Assembly (NCBI RefSeq): GCF_006345805.1
Contig: NC_043001.1
Coordinates: 15,500,001-15,564,000 of the forward strand
Direction: 5' to 3'
DNA length: 64,000 bases
Source of the DNA: Octopus sinensis
Lineage: Eukaryota
The position numbers and the translations under genes are program-made. Every line of letters starts with the position of its first letter. Position 1 is the stretch's first letter. Positions 1 through 11,755 of this stretch are shown here, in pieces. The notes below the pieces were generated by a model, which saw only the letters and a list, made by a program, of their open reading frames with translations, was not told the DNA's origin and searched no databases.

Positions 1-19
1 AAAATCGTTTAGTTTTCCA

Positions 20-395
20 GACAGAATTCAAGTAAAAACTGGATTTTATGGCCCAGATTGGGACAATTATTTCTAAAAGCCCTATTTGCAATGCATATCA
101 AACTAAATGGCTAAATGGATCAATAAGCGGGAAAAACGTATTCACATGGGATATATATGCAGTTTTATTAAGAAACGCATCTTAAATACATTCAGCTCTG
201 GAGAAAGTCAATGCTTGATTGAAAGTTAGTAGAGTTTTAGGAGCAATGCCTTTTAATATCATTCATATCTCAAGAATCAGATCGGACGAACACGTGCGAA
301 AAGAATACTTTCGTTTGGCTTGGCATGTATACACAAAGAAAAGGTGAAATAAGTCACATCTTTCAGTAAATGGAATCATAAGCTTTATTTTCATT
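20..395 (+). pseudogene. Possible highly degenerate Penelope-like RT fragment
   Basis: Frameshifted + readings VFTWDIYAVL and CEKNTFVWLGMYTQRKG loosely resemble PLE RT motifs A and B. Several stops. Lies next to a hammerhead-bearing palindrome. Confidence 0.25.
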
Positions 396-600
396 AATTG
401 AGATAACAAAAGATGTGTTGAGGTGCACCGATTCGACTGCAAACGATTTATATTTTACAGAATATAACAAGAAGAGTATTGTAGTTCGCTTGAAGCATTG
501 TGTATTGTTTGTAAAGAATAAAATATTTTGAATGACAACAATGCACTATAATACAGACAATAGACTATAATAAATGTTGTAATGTAATTATCCATAGTCT

Positions 601-638
601 GATATGATATTTCGGAATAAAATTCCTTCTTCAGATAT
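601..638 (-). ncRNA. Minimal type-I hammerhead ribozyme motif (mirror copy)
   Basis: Reverse complement of the 654-692 motif, with a 4-bp stem I. Confidence 0.7.
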
Positions 639-653
639 TCCTAGGAATTGATG

Positions 654-692
654 GATATCTGAAGAAGGAATTTTATTCCGAAATATCATATC
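654..692 (+). ncRNA. Minimal type-I hammerhead ribozyme motif
   Basis: GATAT-CTGAAGA-A-GGAAT(TTT)ATTCC-GAA-ATAT-C-ATATC: 5-bp stem I, canonical core, 5-bp stem II, palindromic ATAT stem III, AUC triplet with predicted cut after 687. Confidence 0.75.
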
Positions 693-1289
693 AGACTATG
701 GATAATTAAATTACAACAGTTATTATAGTCCATTGTTTGAATTACAATGCATTGTTGTCATTCAAAATATTTTATACTTTAGAATATAACAAATAAAGAT
801 GATGAGTCTTTGTGCCTGAAATATATAAAGGTTTTTTAACCTTTTCCTCTGCGCTGTGTAAGAAGCCCTCCGACTTCACTATTTGGTAATTTTGCTTCTT
901 TATCACAATGGTTCAAACGAGCCACAACACTCTTAATAATAAAGCCTTTTGGAATAAAAGTGAGTCAAGGATCGGATAGACTGGGCTCGCGGGCCGAACG
1001 TTTGAAACTGTAAGATGAGAAATCAAAAACGCAAAATACGAAGAATTTGCTGGGTAGAAGACTTTGCATATGTGCTCGAATCTATGTTAGCAAGTTTAAA
1101 AATATAAATTAAAATCAACTAGCAGGAAATGAGAGGGTAGAAAACTAGAATATTTTTTTGTTATACCGAAAATAGCTTTTCTGGGAAAAGCGATTCGCAA
1201 AAGCACAATAATAGCGAAGAAAATCAGATTTATAAATGTTATACCAATATATAATATATATGCACCAACAGCATACTATAGAATGTGGG

Positions 1290-1489
1290 TGGGGTACATA
1301 TATATGCATATATATATATGTACATTATATATGTATATACACACATACTAAAGGTTGCATATATACAAATATACAGAAAACGTTAGGTGCAGCGTATGCA
1401 TAACAAGCAACCATTTAACCAACACTAATACATTTATATGTACATATATGTACATACATACACGCGCACATATCTATGTACATGTACAA

Positions 1490-1538
<49 letters not shown>

Positions 1539-1555
1539 ATATATATATATATATA
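1290..1555. repeat. (TA)n/(CA)n microsatellite
   Basis: Direct reading; perfect TA run at about 1491-1535. Confidence 0.95.
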
Positions 1556-2467
1556 TCAGCCGAAATTACTACGATGATCCGGTTCTTGACTGAAGACTGA
1601 GGGGTTCGAATGTCCTGTCCATGTTTATTGTATCGTCTTCTATGAGTTATACGTTCTTGTCCATGTTGTATTTTTCTACATACCTTAACATATATTCCAG
1701 GCGCCCCGTACCCCCCTTATCATTAATGTGACACATATTCTTAATAATTGGTACGACTCTCTGTTTGTCTCTCTCTCTCTCTCATTTTTACTTTCTCTCT
1801 ATTCATCTTCTCTTTCCCTGATCCTTTGGTCTAGTCTTCCACTACCTCCTATTTCTTTGTCTCGCTCTGCACTCACAGGTCATTCTTCGACACCCATCCC
1901 TCCTCCTCTCTGATTCCTTCTTTCTCTCTCTTCTCTCTCTTTGTTGCGTTTTGTCCCCCTTTCTCTCTCTCTCTTCCTTTGCTCTCTTTCTTTTCTTTTC
2001 CCTCTTCTTTGTCACGTGACTGTTGGCCGAAATCTGCCTTTCAGCTCCTGACCCTCGTCGTGTTAACATCGTTGTTTTTCGTCCGCCGCTATAAAGCTTT
2101 TTCCAATGCGCCAGAGAAAAATTTGTTGCTTGTTATCAGTCGTAAGACACTTGTTGTTTTCACCGTTAATGCTTCTGTATTTCATGTTTCTGTATTCCAT
2201 TATTGTTTTTTGTTTTTTTTTTATATCTGTCCCTTTTGCTGTCCTGTGTTCGTATGCATTCGATCCTTCTTCCAGGAAATCTACGCTTCCAGCTTAGTTT
2301 TTCTTGAGGGCTGGCCGTGATCTAGTAATCTCAAGATTAATCAGCCGAATTACTACGATGATCCGGTTCTTGACTGAAGACTGAGGGGTTCGAATGTCCT
2401 GTCCATGTTTATTGTATCGTCTTCTATGAGTTATACGTTCTTGTCCATGTTGTATTTTTCTACATAC

Positions 2468-2470
<3 letters not shown>
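1556..2470 (+). mobile_element. PLE-like non-coding element with 130-bp direct terminal repeats, inserted in (TA)n
   Basis: 1556-1685 equals 2341-2469 except for a 1-nt indel; pyrimidine-rich interior; (TA)n on both sides; diverged paralog at 4205-4830. Confidence 0.6.
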
Positions 2471-2501
<31 letters not shown>

Positions 2502-2611
2502 TACATACATACATTTGTGTGTGTGTGTGTGTTATATATATATATTTTATTTTATTTTTTATTTTTATCTAGTTTCAGCTCACAGCTGTGGCCATGCTGG
2601 GGCACCGCCAT

Positions 2612-2694
2612 TAATATGCAGCTCCTTACTTTTATCTCGAGGGACTACAGTTACTTGTGGCAATGTGTACACACATACATGCATATATATATAT

Positions 2695-2727
<33 letters not shown>

Positions 2728-2748
2728 TTAATATATATATTCTACATG

Positions 2749-2791
<43 letters not shown>

Positions 2792-2873
2792 ATATATATA
2801 TATGCAGTATGTATGTACATATTGCCACAAATAGCTGTAGTCCCTCGAGATAAAAGTAAGGAGCTGCATATTA
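2612..2873. mobile_element. MITE-like foldback with microsatellite core
   Basis: Perfect 39-bp inverted repeats at 2612-2650 and 2835-2873, extending imperfectly inward around a (TA)n tract; abuts a SINE tail fragment at 2570-2610. Confidence 0.7.
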
Positions 2874-4135
2874 TAGAGATTTCCATACTAACACGCCCTG
2901 TCAATGTAATTGTTTAGCGACTATTATTAGCCACAGCGGACAGCAGTCGAGTGCACCGGCTTCGATGTCGAACCACACCTACGCAAAAGGCGGAGAACAG
3001 AGGCAGCAGTGGTACTCTTCCTGGAAGCAGACGACGTGTACTCACTGCACAAACGACAATTTCAAGCACAGGCGACCTATGCCAGTGCGAAGTATAGCAA
3101 TGTTCTGTTAGTTTAGTTCTGTGGCAATGAACCCAGAACCATGTTGTAAGCAAGCTTCTTACAATACAGCCATTCCTATATATATACTAGCATTATGACC
3201 CGTCTTTGCCGGGTCATGGTGCTAGTGCATGTATATATGTGTACATATTACATGTATATCTATATATATATACATCTACACATAGGTTCTTCTGGAAAGT
3301 CTGTGGCAAATATATTAATGAAAAATGCACGAAATACTACAAAACATACACGTAGGACAGACACATGGACCCAAATGCTTCATTAGTTATCGACGAAAAA
3401 TACTAATAAGCAGTTTCGTGCCGTTAACGATAAGACTGGGAACATCGTATTTCGGCGGCACCCGCAAGATTTGCGTAGAATTAGGGTTCGAGCAAATAAA
3501 ATAATGCAGGGTGGACGTACGAAAGTAACGATAGACGAAGACAATAAATAGCATCTTTCGGTCAAACATGGGTGTGATGGATTAACGCCTGGAAGAAATC
3601 CTCAAATGGATTAAAAACAGAATTAGTAAGAGAAAAGAGAAAGTTGACCAGCACACACAACACACACACACATGCTTGGACGAACACGCACGCGTTCAAG
3701 CGTGTGTGTCAGTGGAGGGGGCAGAAGTGAACGTCCATGTACAGATGCGCGCTCTTGCATCAATACACACATGCACGCAAAACCATAAGAGCGGCGCGTC
3801 CACACAGCCACATATAGAACTATATACTTGCACATGCTGCTCCTTCCTACTACCCCCGCCAACAACCTGACCGATTTCCTAATCGCCATGCGGTCTATTT
3901 CCTGTCCTCCACGTGGTCATCAAACCACGATACCGCGTGACCTTCCTCGACCAACCGCAGCCCACCTTACGGTAATAACAATCAACTTCTGTCATTCAAT
4001 TTCAAAATACCTGACCACTAGCGTTACGCTTGAAACTCAAGATTACCAACAAATTTGATTCAAACTGTTTTGATCCATTCAGGTAACTCCCAATAAATTG
4101 GTTAGGTGCCCTTCTCTCCTTTGCCCACTCACTCA

Positions 4136-4178
<43 letters not shown>

Positions 4179-4204
4179 CTATATATATATATATATAATG
4201 TATA

Positions 4205-4830
4205 TATATATAATTATTATATGTAGAAAAATACAAACTGGGACAAGAACGCAAAACAAAAAAAAGACGATACAAAAAACACGGACGGGACATTCGAAGC
4301 CCCAATCTTCAGTCAAGAACGGATCATCGTAGCAATTTCGCCTCATTAATCTTGAGATCGCTCCGATCCGGCCAGCCCAAGGAAAAACTAAGCTACGAGC
4401 ATTAGATTTCTTGGAAGAAGGATCGAATGTATACGAAAAACGGACGATGCCACACGAATATAAAATACAAAAAACAATAATGAAATACAAAAAACAAAAA
4501 TGAAATACAAAAAGCAATAATGGTAAAAAAACAGGGCGAAAACAGCAGGTATCTTACGACTAATAACAGTACAACAAGTTTAGCTGGCGTATTTTGGAAA
4601 AAATGCCTTTTCGGCAAACAAATACAACGATGTTCTCACGACGCTGGTCGGAGGCCAAAAGGCTGATTTGGCCAGCGGTCACGTGACGGAAAAAAGAGAA
4701 AGGAAGGGGGGTAAAGAAAACAAAGAGAGAGAGAAAAAAGAGGGACGAAGGCAACAAAGGGGGGAGAAGAGAGAGAAAGAAGGAATTAGAGAGGGGAGAA
4801 GAAGGAGTGGGTGTCAATATATATATTTAC
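4205..4830 (-). mobile_element. Diverged copy of the 1556-2470 element
   Basis: Reverse complement aligns by eye with 1900-2470 (gtcacgtgac, cattcgatccttcttcc, tcaagattaat, cttgactgaaga, ttcgaatgtcc). Confidence 0.65.
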
Positions 4831-5289
4831 TCTTTTACTTGTTTCAGTCATTTGACTGCGGCCATGCTGGAGTACCGCATTTAGTCGAGCAAATCGACCC
4901 CAGGACTTATTCTTTGTAAGCCTAGTACTTATTCTATCGGTCTCTTTTGCCGAACTGCTAAGTGACGGGGACGTATTTCCTTTCTCAATATAAACATTTC
5001 TTTCGTTTTTCTGCGTTTCTTAATATTTTTTTCCTCTGCCAACACGAAGAAAATTTAAGGAAACGAATACAGAAACATGGTGCAATCCGCATAATTAAAA
5101 CAGCAAAGTAAAGCATGATGTGACTTGCGCATTGCGTTTCTATTCTTTTCTTCCGCTTTACAAATAATCCAGTGTGCACACGCTCATTGGGTGTTCATAC
5201 TTCTCTTTCCGGTTCCTACTCAAAACTGTTTACAGGTCACAACCATCTCACGAACCTGCGATCGTGAGGAGCGTTTTGCACTTCAATAG

Positions 5290-5765
<476 letters not shown>

Positions 5766-6052
5766 TAAAGTTGTGTAATAAATCCGAAGAAGCCAGAGGA
5801 GAAAGTCAGTTTGGTTTTAAACTTCAGATACACCAAGGAGGGTACTTTTCAATAATTAAACAAATAACTAATAATCTTTTCCACAGATATTAAGTGTGGT
5901 GACGTCACAACCCTAATATCAACGACCGTTGAAAAATTGAGAATATTCATTAAACAATTAGATGACGCATATATAAATAATGTAAAGAAAATTAACGGTG
6001 GTGGCACGTAATAGATCTGTTCTCTCATACATATATACGTTTATATATATAT

Positions 6053-6086
<34 letters not shown>

Positions 6087-6095
6087 ATATATATA

Positions 6096-6260
6096 GTGGG
6101 GGGGGAGAGTTCACGAAAAAACAAAAGACGAAGTCAGGTGGAGTACAAAACAAACAGAGGTATTAGTATAACGCTCAGGAATTTAAAAAAGTCTTTTACG
6201 TTTCGAGCCTACGCTCTTCTACAGAAAGGGACACAGAAAAAAACAAGGAGAGAAAAAAAA
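6096..6260 (-). mobile_element. PLE terminal-repeat fragment with hammerhead-like motif at 6193-6228
   Basis: Minus strand CTTT-CTGTAGA-A-GAGC(GTAG)GCTC-GAA-ACGT-A-AAAG; lies between (TA)n and (TACA)n. Confidence 0.65.
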
Positions 6261-6318
6261 TGTGTTTTTATATACATACATACATACATACATACATACA
6301 TACATACATACATACATA

Positions 6319-6557
6319 CAGAGTGTTCAAAAAGTGTCTCCGCAGTGAATTTTTTTCATCCTGCGTATCACCATGGCTTTACTTCAAGAGTTTTTCGGTG
6401 AACGGATTATTTCGAAGGCACTTTGGCCACCAAGATCAACTGATTTAACACCGCCAGACACGTTTTTTTTTTCCTGGGGAGCAAGTTAAGGATCAGTGTA
6501 CAAGAATCGCCCGAAAACCATTAAATACTTACTGCGAGGAACCTTTTGAACACCCTG
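6319..6557 (+). mobile_element. Internally deleted Tc1/mariner-superfamily element
   Basis: 14-bp TIRs cagagtgttcaaaa / ttttgaacaccctg (1 mismatch), TA on the left; residual transposase LLQEFFGERIISKALWPPRSTDLTPPD followed by a frameshifted WG/VKD/YKNRPKT segment. Confidence 0.85.
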
Positions 6558-6654
6558 TGATATATATATGTAAGAATGTGTGTGCGTGCGCATGTGTACG
6601 TGTGTATCTATCAATCTCTCTTCTCTCTCTCTCTCTCTCTATATATATACATAT

Positions 6655-6685
<31 letters not shown>

Positions 6686-6698
6686 GTGGTGTGTGGTA

Positions 6699-6730
<32 letters not shown>

Positions 6731-7122
6731 ATATATATATATATATATATATTATGTAATGTTCTGATCCATGGTAGAAAATTCAACAGAAAAAGTACCC
6801 CCATCTGGTGAGAGATAAATATTATTTATTTAAAGGTCACAATACATGTATTAAAGCGCTACTAATAGTTTCATATGTTGAGCAGACTGAAATATATTTT
6901 TCAGGCGCAAACCATATATAACGAAAAAAAAAATTCAATCATAGAAGAAATGCGAAAAAACTGAGAAGACAACATATAGAAAACGCAGATAGTAAACAAT
7001 GGAAAACGAAAATCCGAAAACGGAAAATAAAAAACAGAAACCAAATGTCAAAAATAAAAGATAAAGAGGTAAAAGAGTTATCCTCCTTAGACCTTAAATG
7101 ATAAGGCTGGAAAGATATCAAG

Positions 7123-7329
7123 TCAGCCAGGAATAGGCGGAGTTTTCCAATTCTTCAATATGTATTTATACATATGCATGCAACTACTGAAAATTTCTGA
7201 CCTGGAGTTCAGTAGAGAGTTTGGGATCTTTGATATGAACAGGATCTGCGCTATTTCAACCAAACAAAGTCTACATTTATTTGATCCATTCACATAAGGT
7301 ATGAATTTCTCAATTACTTTCCATTTAAT
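7123..7329 (-). pseudogene. C-terminal fragment of a PLE GIY-YIG endonuclease
   Basis: Open frame IKWKVIEKFIPYVNGSNKCRLCLVEIAQILFISKIPNSLLNSRSEIFSSCMHMYKYILKNWKTPPIPG* matches the CxLCxxE...LN.RSE.FS.C.H tail typical of PLEs; decayed hammerhead downstream at 6856-6908. Confidence 0.75.
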
Positions 7330-7830
7330 ATATATACAAGAAGAGAAATGACAAAAGAATAAAACTATTCTGGTATGACCTTTATTAGCTTACAGCTGCT
7401 TCCACTATAAGGTGCAGTGGACACAGAGTTGTGTGTGTGTGTGTGTGTAGGAGAATTTGTTTTGGGATTTGAAAAGACATCGGAATCTCAAAACGTGAAG
7501 TCATTTTTAAATTTTGTAATAGATTTATTCAAATGCTTAACCGGTTTCCACAACTTTTTGCTTTTCGATGGTAAAAATAAACAAAGGATTATAAGTGCGC
7601 CTCAAACACAAGCAGCAAAACACGATACTCACTTCTTCACTTCACACACACACACATACATGCATGCATGCATGCATGCATGCATGCATACATACATACA
7701 TACATACATACATACATACATACATACATACATACATACATTTTATGTTCAGTTATGATAAAAACAATTTTACTTCAATCTGATGGGTTGCTCTATACTT
7801 TTGTAGAGTACAAATTGTTATTTTTAAACA

Positions 7831-7942
7831 AGAATATTATTGACAGTGACTTCGAAATTCCCGTCAGTTAAGCCATCGACGGACTACAGTCCGCTGATAG
7901 CTAAACTAGCCAAAATTTTGAGGTCACTATCAATAATATTCT
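7831..7942. repeat. Imperfect palindrome (head-to-head duplication) beside (TA)n
   Basis: Outer arms 7831-7859 and 7914-7942; inner cggact-ac-agtccg centre at about 7886. Confidence 0.7.
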
Positions 7943-7962
7943 TCGTTAAGAAAAATAAAGAA

Positions 7963-7996
<34 letters not shown>

Positions 7997-7998
<2 letters not shown>

Positions 7999-8188
7999 CG
8001 GTAAGCTTTATGAAAATAGACAAAAGATGAAGGCAGGTATATTCTTACCCTGTTTATTTCTGTGTTCCTTTCTGTCGAAGAGCGTTGGCTCGAAACGTAA
8101 AAGACTTTCTTACTTCCCCAGCGTTAAACTAATATATCTACTTGTTGTTTACACACCCTCTTCGTCTTTTGTTATTTTTTGAAATTCT

Positions 8189-8195
<7 letters not shown>
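7997..8195 (+). mobile_element. PLE terminal repeat with short inverted 5' piece; hammerhead-like motif at 8068-8103
   Basis: CTTT-CTGTCGA-A-GAGC(GTTG)GCTC-GAA-ACGT-A-AAAG; 8010-8040 is an inverted copy of 8150-8180; (TA)n on both sides. Confidence 0.7.
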
Positions 8196-8231
<36 letters not shown>

Positions 8232-9580
8232 ATTATACAAGACAATATTACATTATATTACATTATAAACGGAAATTCCCAAATAAAATGAGCTAAGGGA
8301 TATAAATCAAATGAGTTACAAGTATCAGTTTGGACAATTAAGTTAAAGCTTAATTAACTGAATGCAGTAAACACACACGCACACACGCACATACATACAT
8401 ACACACACGTGCACGCACACACACACGCACATACACAGACATACACTCACACACATGCACGCACATACACACACACACTCACACATACACACACACACAT
8501 ACACTCACACAGGTGCACACACATGCACACACATAGACTTAACCCCCCCCATCCCCCCACAAATCTTATCAGGAATTTCTCTCTTGAAATTATCTCCCCC
8601 TTTCTAAGAGCACCACTAATAATTGCCGAATTGCCGCTAGGCTTTTGTTTACGTTCTCTAACGAGGAAGTTATAATTAAATTTTACTTATCTACTTATTG
8701 ATATATTTATTTATTTATTTACTTGTCGCACATGGCATTAAGTACACTAGCATCACGTCCTTTTATGAGTTTTTTGGGGTTCTTTTTTTGCCTTTTGTCG
8801 TATACATTTATGTGGGCGTATGTGATAGATTAGGTTCGTATACTGGTTGATTAAGAGGATGCAGTTACGATATATAAAGTACATTTTGGACATACGGTTT
8901 ATGGCCGCCGACAAAAAGACAAAAATAAAGTTGGATAGAATTTGTAAGATGTCTGCTGCCATTGGAATGATTTTTGTTTTGGTAGGGTGGCAGAGGAATT
9001 AAATATACACACTTGTTTGTTTGTGGATTTAATTCTATTAAGGGTGTGTATGGGTACATTAGGGTGTGTGTTTTGGGGGGGTTAATTGGTATAAATGTAT
9101 TTGGAGACAGTAATAGTCCGGGATGGGAACAAATTCTAATAAAAAACGATTATGTGGTCTGGCTGCGGTGGAGGTGTGGATGGTGGGGGAAGAAACGAAG
9201 GTGGTGATTGCAGAAACATGCTTGTTTTTTATTAATTTTGGGGAATTAACAGGGTTTTTTTTTAATGGATGGTGTGGTTGGGGAGTGGTGTTGAGTGGTT
9301 GGAGTCTGGAAGAAGGAATGGTGGTCACTGGGTTTTGGTCACTGACGAAGTTGGTCATTCGGTAGAATGGTATCCAGTAAGGTGTTGTTGATCTAATAAA
9401 CATATGCTGGATGGTTTGTAGGTTGTTGGGGGTGCGGGTGGAGACAACCACATGTGTATGTACACACACACACACACGTATATATGTATACATATACGAC
9501 GGGCTTCTTTCAGTTTCCATCTGAACTTGGAACCATGTAGGTGGGAAGCAAGCTACTTACCACACAGCCACGCCTGCGCC

Positions 9581-9620
<40 letters not shown>

Positions 9621-9741
9621 ATACATACATACATACATGTAATGTGTGTGAGTATATGCATATCTATACGCATGTAAGTAGGTGATAGATCAATCGATCG
9701 ATAGATAGATAGATAGATAGATACATACATACATACATACA

Positions 9742-9773
<32 letters not shown>

Positions 9774-10294
9774 CATACATACATACATACATACATACAT
9801 ACATACATACATACATGCGTGGTTAAGAAGTTTGGTTCGCAACTTCGTGGCATGTGTTGTATATATATATATATATATTATATATATATATATATATTAC
9901 GACGGGCGTCTTTCAGTTTCGTCTACCAATTCCATTCACAAGGCTTTGGTCGGCCCGAGGCTATAGTAGAAGACACTTGCCCAAGGTGCCACGCAGTGGG
10001 ACTGAACCCGAAACCATGTCGTTGGTAAGCAAGCTGCTTACCACACAGCCACGCCTGACAATTCCGTGACATGCTAGTGGACCCGTACCTGAGTCCGTGA
10101 CAGGAACCCCGACTCCAGGTCAGAATAGACCTGGGAATGATGGTGGTTAACAGGTGGTTCTACATTCCTTAAAATCCTTTAACTCCGGGATGAGGACACC
10201 AATACCAGATACAATTAAAAATCATATCTACATGATTTAAGATTAAAATGTAAGATTTCATTGCTACTTTTAGGATATCGAGCAACTACATACA

Positions 10295-10526
10295 TATTTC
10301 TTTACTACCCAAAAGGGGCTAAACATAGAGGGGACAAACAAGAACAGACAAACGGATTAAGTCGATTACATCGACCCCAGTGCGTAACTGGTACTTAATT
10401 TATCGACCCCGAAAGGATGAAAGGCAAAGTTGACCTCGGCGGAATTTGAACTCAGAACGTAACGGCAGACGAAATACGGCTACGCATTTCGCCCGGCGTG
10501 CTAACGTTTCTGCCAGCTCGCCTCCC
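10295..10526 (-). mobile_element. tRNA-derived SINE family B, monomer with 17-bp TSD
   Basis: Sense head GGCGAGCTGGCAGAAACGTTAG, B box GAGTTCAAATTCC; TSD tcgagcaactacataca at 10278-10294 and 10527-10543. Other monomers or fragments at about 16130-16330, 24530-24740, 26460-26690, 28625-28862, 29180-29370, 47500-47675, 57520-57753, 59990-60200 and 60998-61222. Confidence 0.9.
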
Positions 10527-11614
10527 TCGAGCAACTACATACAGGGCCGTCCACTGGCTCGAAAGAACCTGATTAGAAAAAGAAAGTAGAGGTCAGCTGT
10601 GTTGCTACTAAAACATCCTGTTTTCAACTGTGGGTTTTTTCCAACGTGTCAAGCGGATCTTTATGAAACCGTACATCCTGCATCTACAAATATATATGCA
10701 CACGTACTATACATACAAATACAAGCATTATATACATTATATATATTACAAACACACACACACACAACTGGAAGTCTTAACAGATTTCTGAAAAATAAGT
10801 TAAGGATCGCCGAATGCATTCCAACAGTGGCCATCCTGTATTTTTTCTCAGAATTAGAATACTTAAAACGATATCATCTAACGTATCTTAAAGACAGTTG
10901 AGCGTAATTTGAAGGTTTTTGGGTTTCTATGTTTAGCAGGTCGGTGACCACGTAATGGCTTTCTCCAACAGAAAGTTGTCTTGATAACCGGCATTAATAT
11001 CATTTCAAGTTTTAGTACATGGTCAGCAATATTCGTTTCTATTCTAAGCACAAAGCCCGAAATTTTGGGGGAAGTGGCCAGTCAATCAGATCGACCCTAG
11101 TACTCAACTGGTACTTAATCTATCGACCCCGAAAGGATGAAAGGGACAAACAAGGACAGACATTTATTTATTTATTTTATTACGCGGGTTAACAAGGAAC
11201 GAGTTGGAACCCTAGGTGGAGGGGTCTGTTCGAAAAATATGTAACAGTCTCCACCTGTCGGTACAACCAGCAATAAGCCTCCAAATTATTCTGGGATGCG
11301 TGGGGTGGGAGCACAAAGAATGCGTATCCCCGAAACGGGTCCAGGACGGAACGACCGTTAGATTAGTAATACCATAATATTGAAAATCAATCTTAAAATG
11401 GTGCCAGTATTTCATGCGAAATGTTCTATTTAATCTTTATGAGTGTTTGATATTCAAAAGAAACCGTGTCCTTCCACGCTTCATCACTTACTAACAAGTG
11501 CCATCTGATGTCACTGGAGCGAATAGCTTCACAGAGGAGGATAAGGTGCCATTAAAAGACCGTTCCTCTGAGATTCCGACTGGATGGAATTACCATTTGC
11601 TTACTTTCGTTACA

Positions 11615-11648
11615 TACATACATATACATATACATATACATACATACA

Positions 11649-11680
<32 letters not shown>

Positions 11681-11755
11681 CATACATACATAGAAGAAGA
11701 AGAAGAAGAAGAAAGAAGAAGAAGAAGAAGAAGAAGAAGAAGAAGAAGAAGAAAA
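11615..11755. repeat. (TACA)n-(GAA)n compound microsatellite
   Basis: Direct reading. Confidence 0.95.

Larger units (their letters stand above)
500..795. mobile_element. Head-to-head inverted pair of PLE-type terminal repeats (palindrome)
   Basis: Perfect 53-bp inverted arms at 586-638 and 655-707 with a 16-nt spacer; imperfect pairing extends to about 500 and 795. Each arm carries a hammerhead core. Confidence 0.75.

Noticed and set aside
2930-3110. Possible RTE C-terminal zinc-finger remnant; also a GGGVC endonuclease-like word at about 11210 and a PLE-like scrap at 52420-52600
   Set aside because: Each needs assumed frameshifts or rests on a single short word.
8640-9440. G-rich non-repetitive block with a 153-aa minus ORF; similar block at 11790-12090
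   Set aside because: Probably old retroelement sequence, but no motif I can identify.
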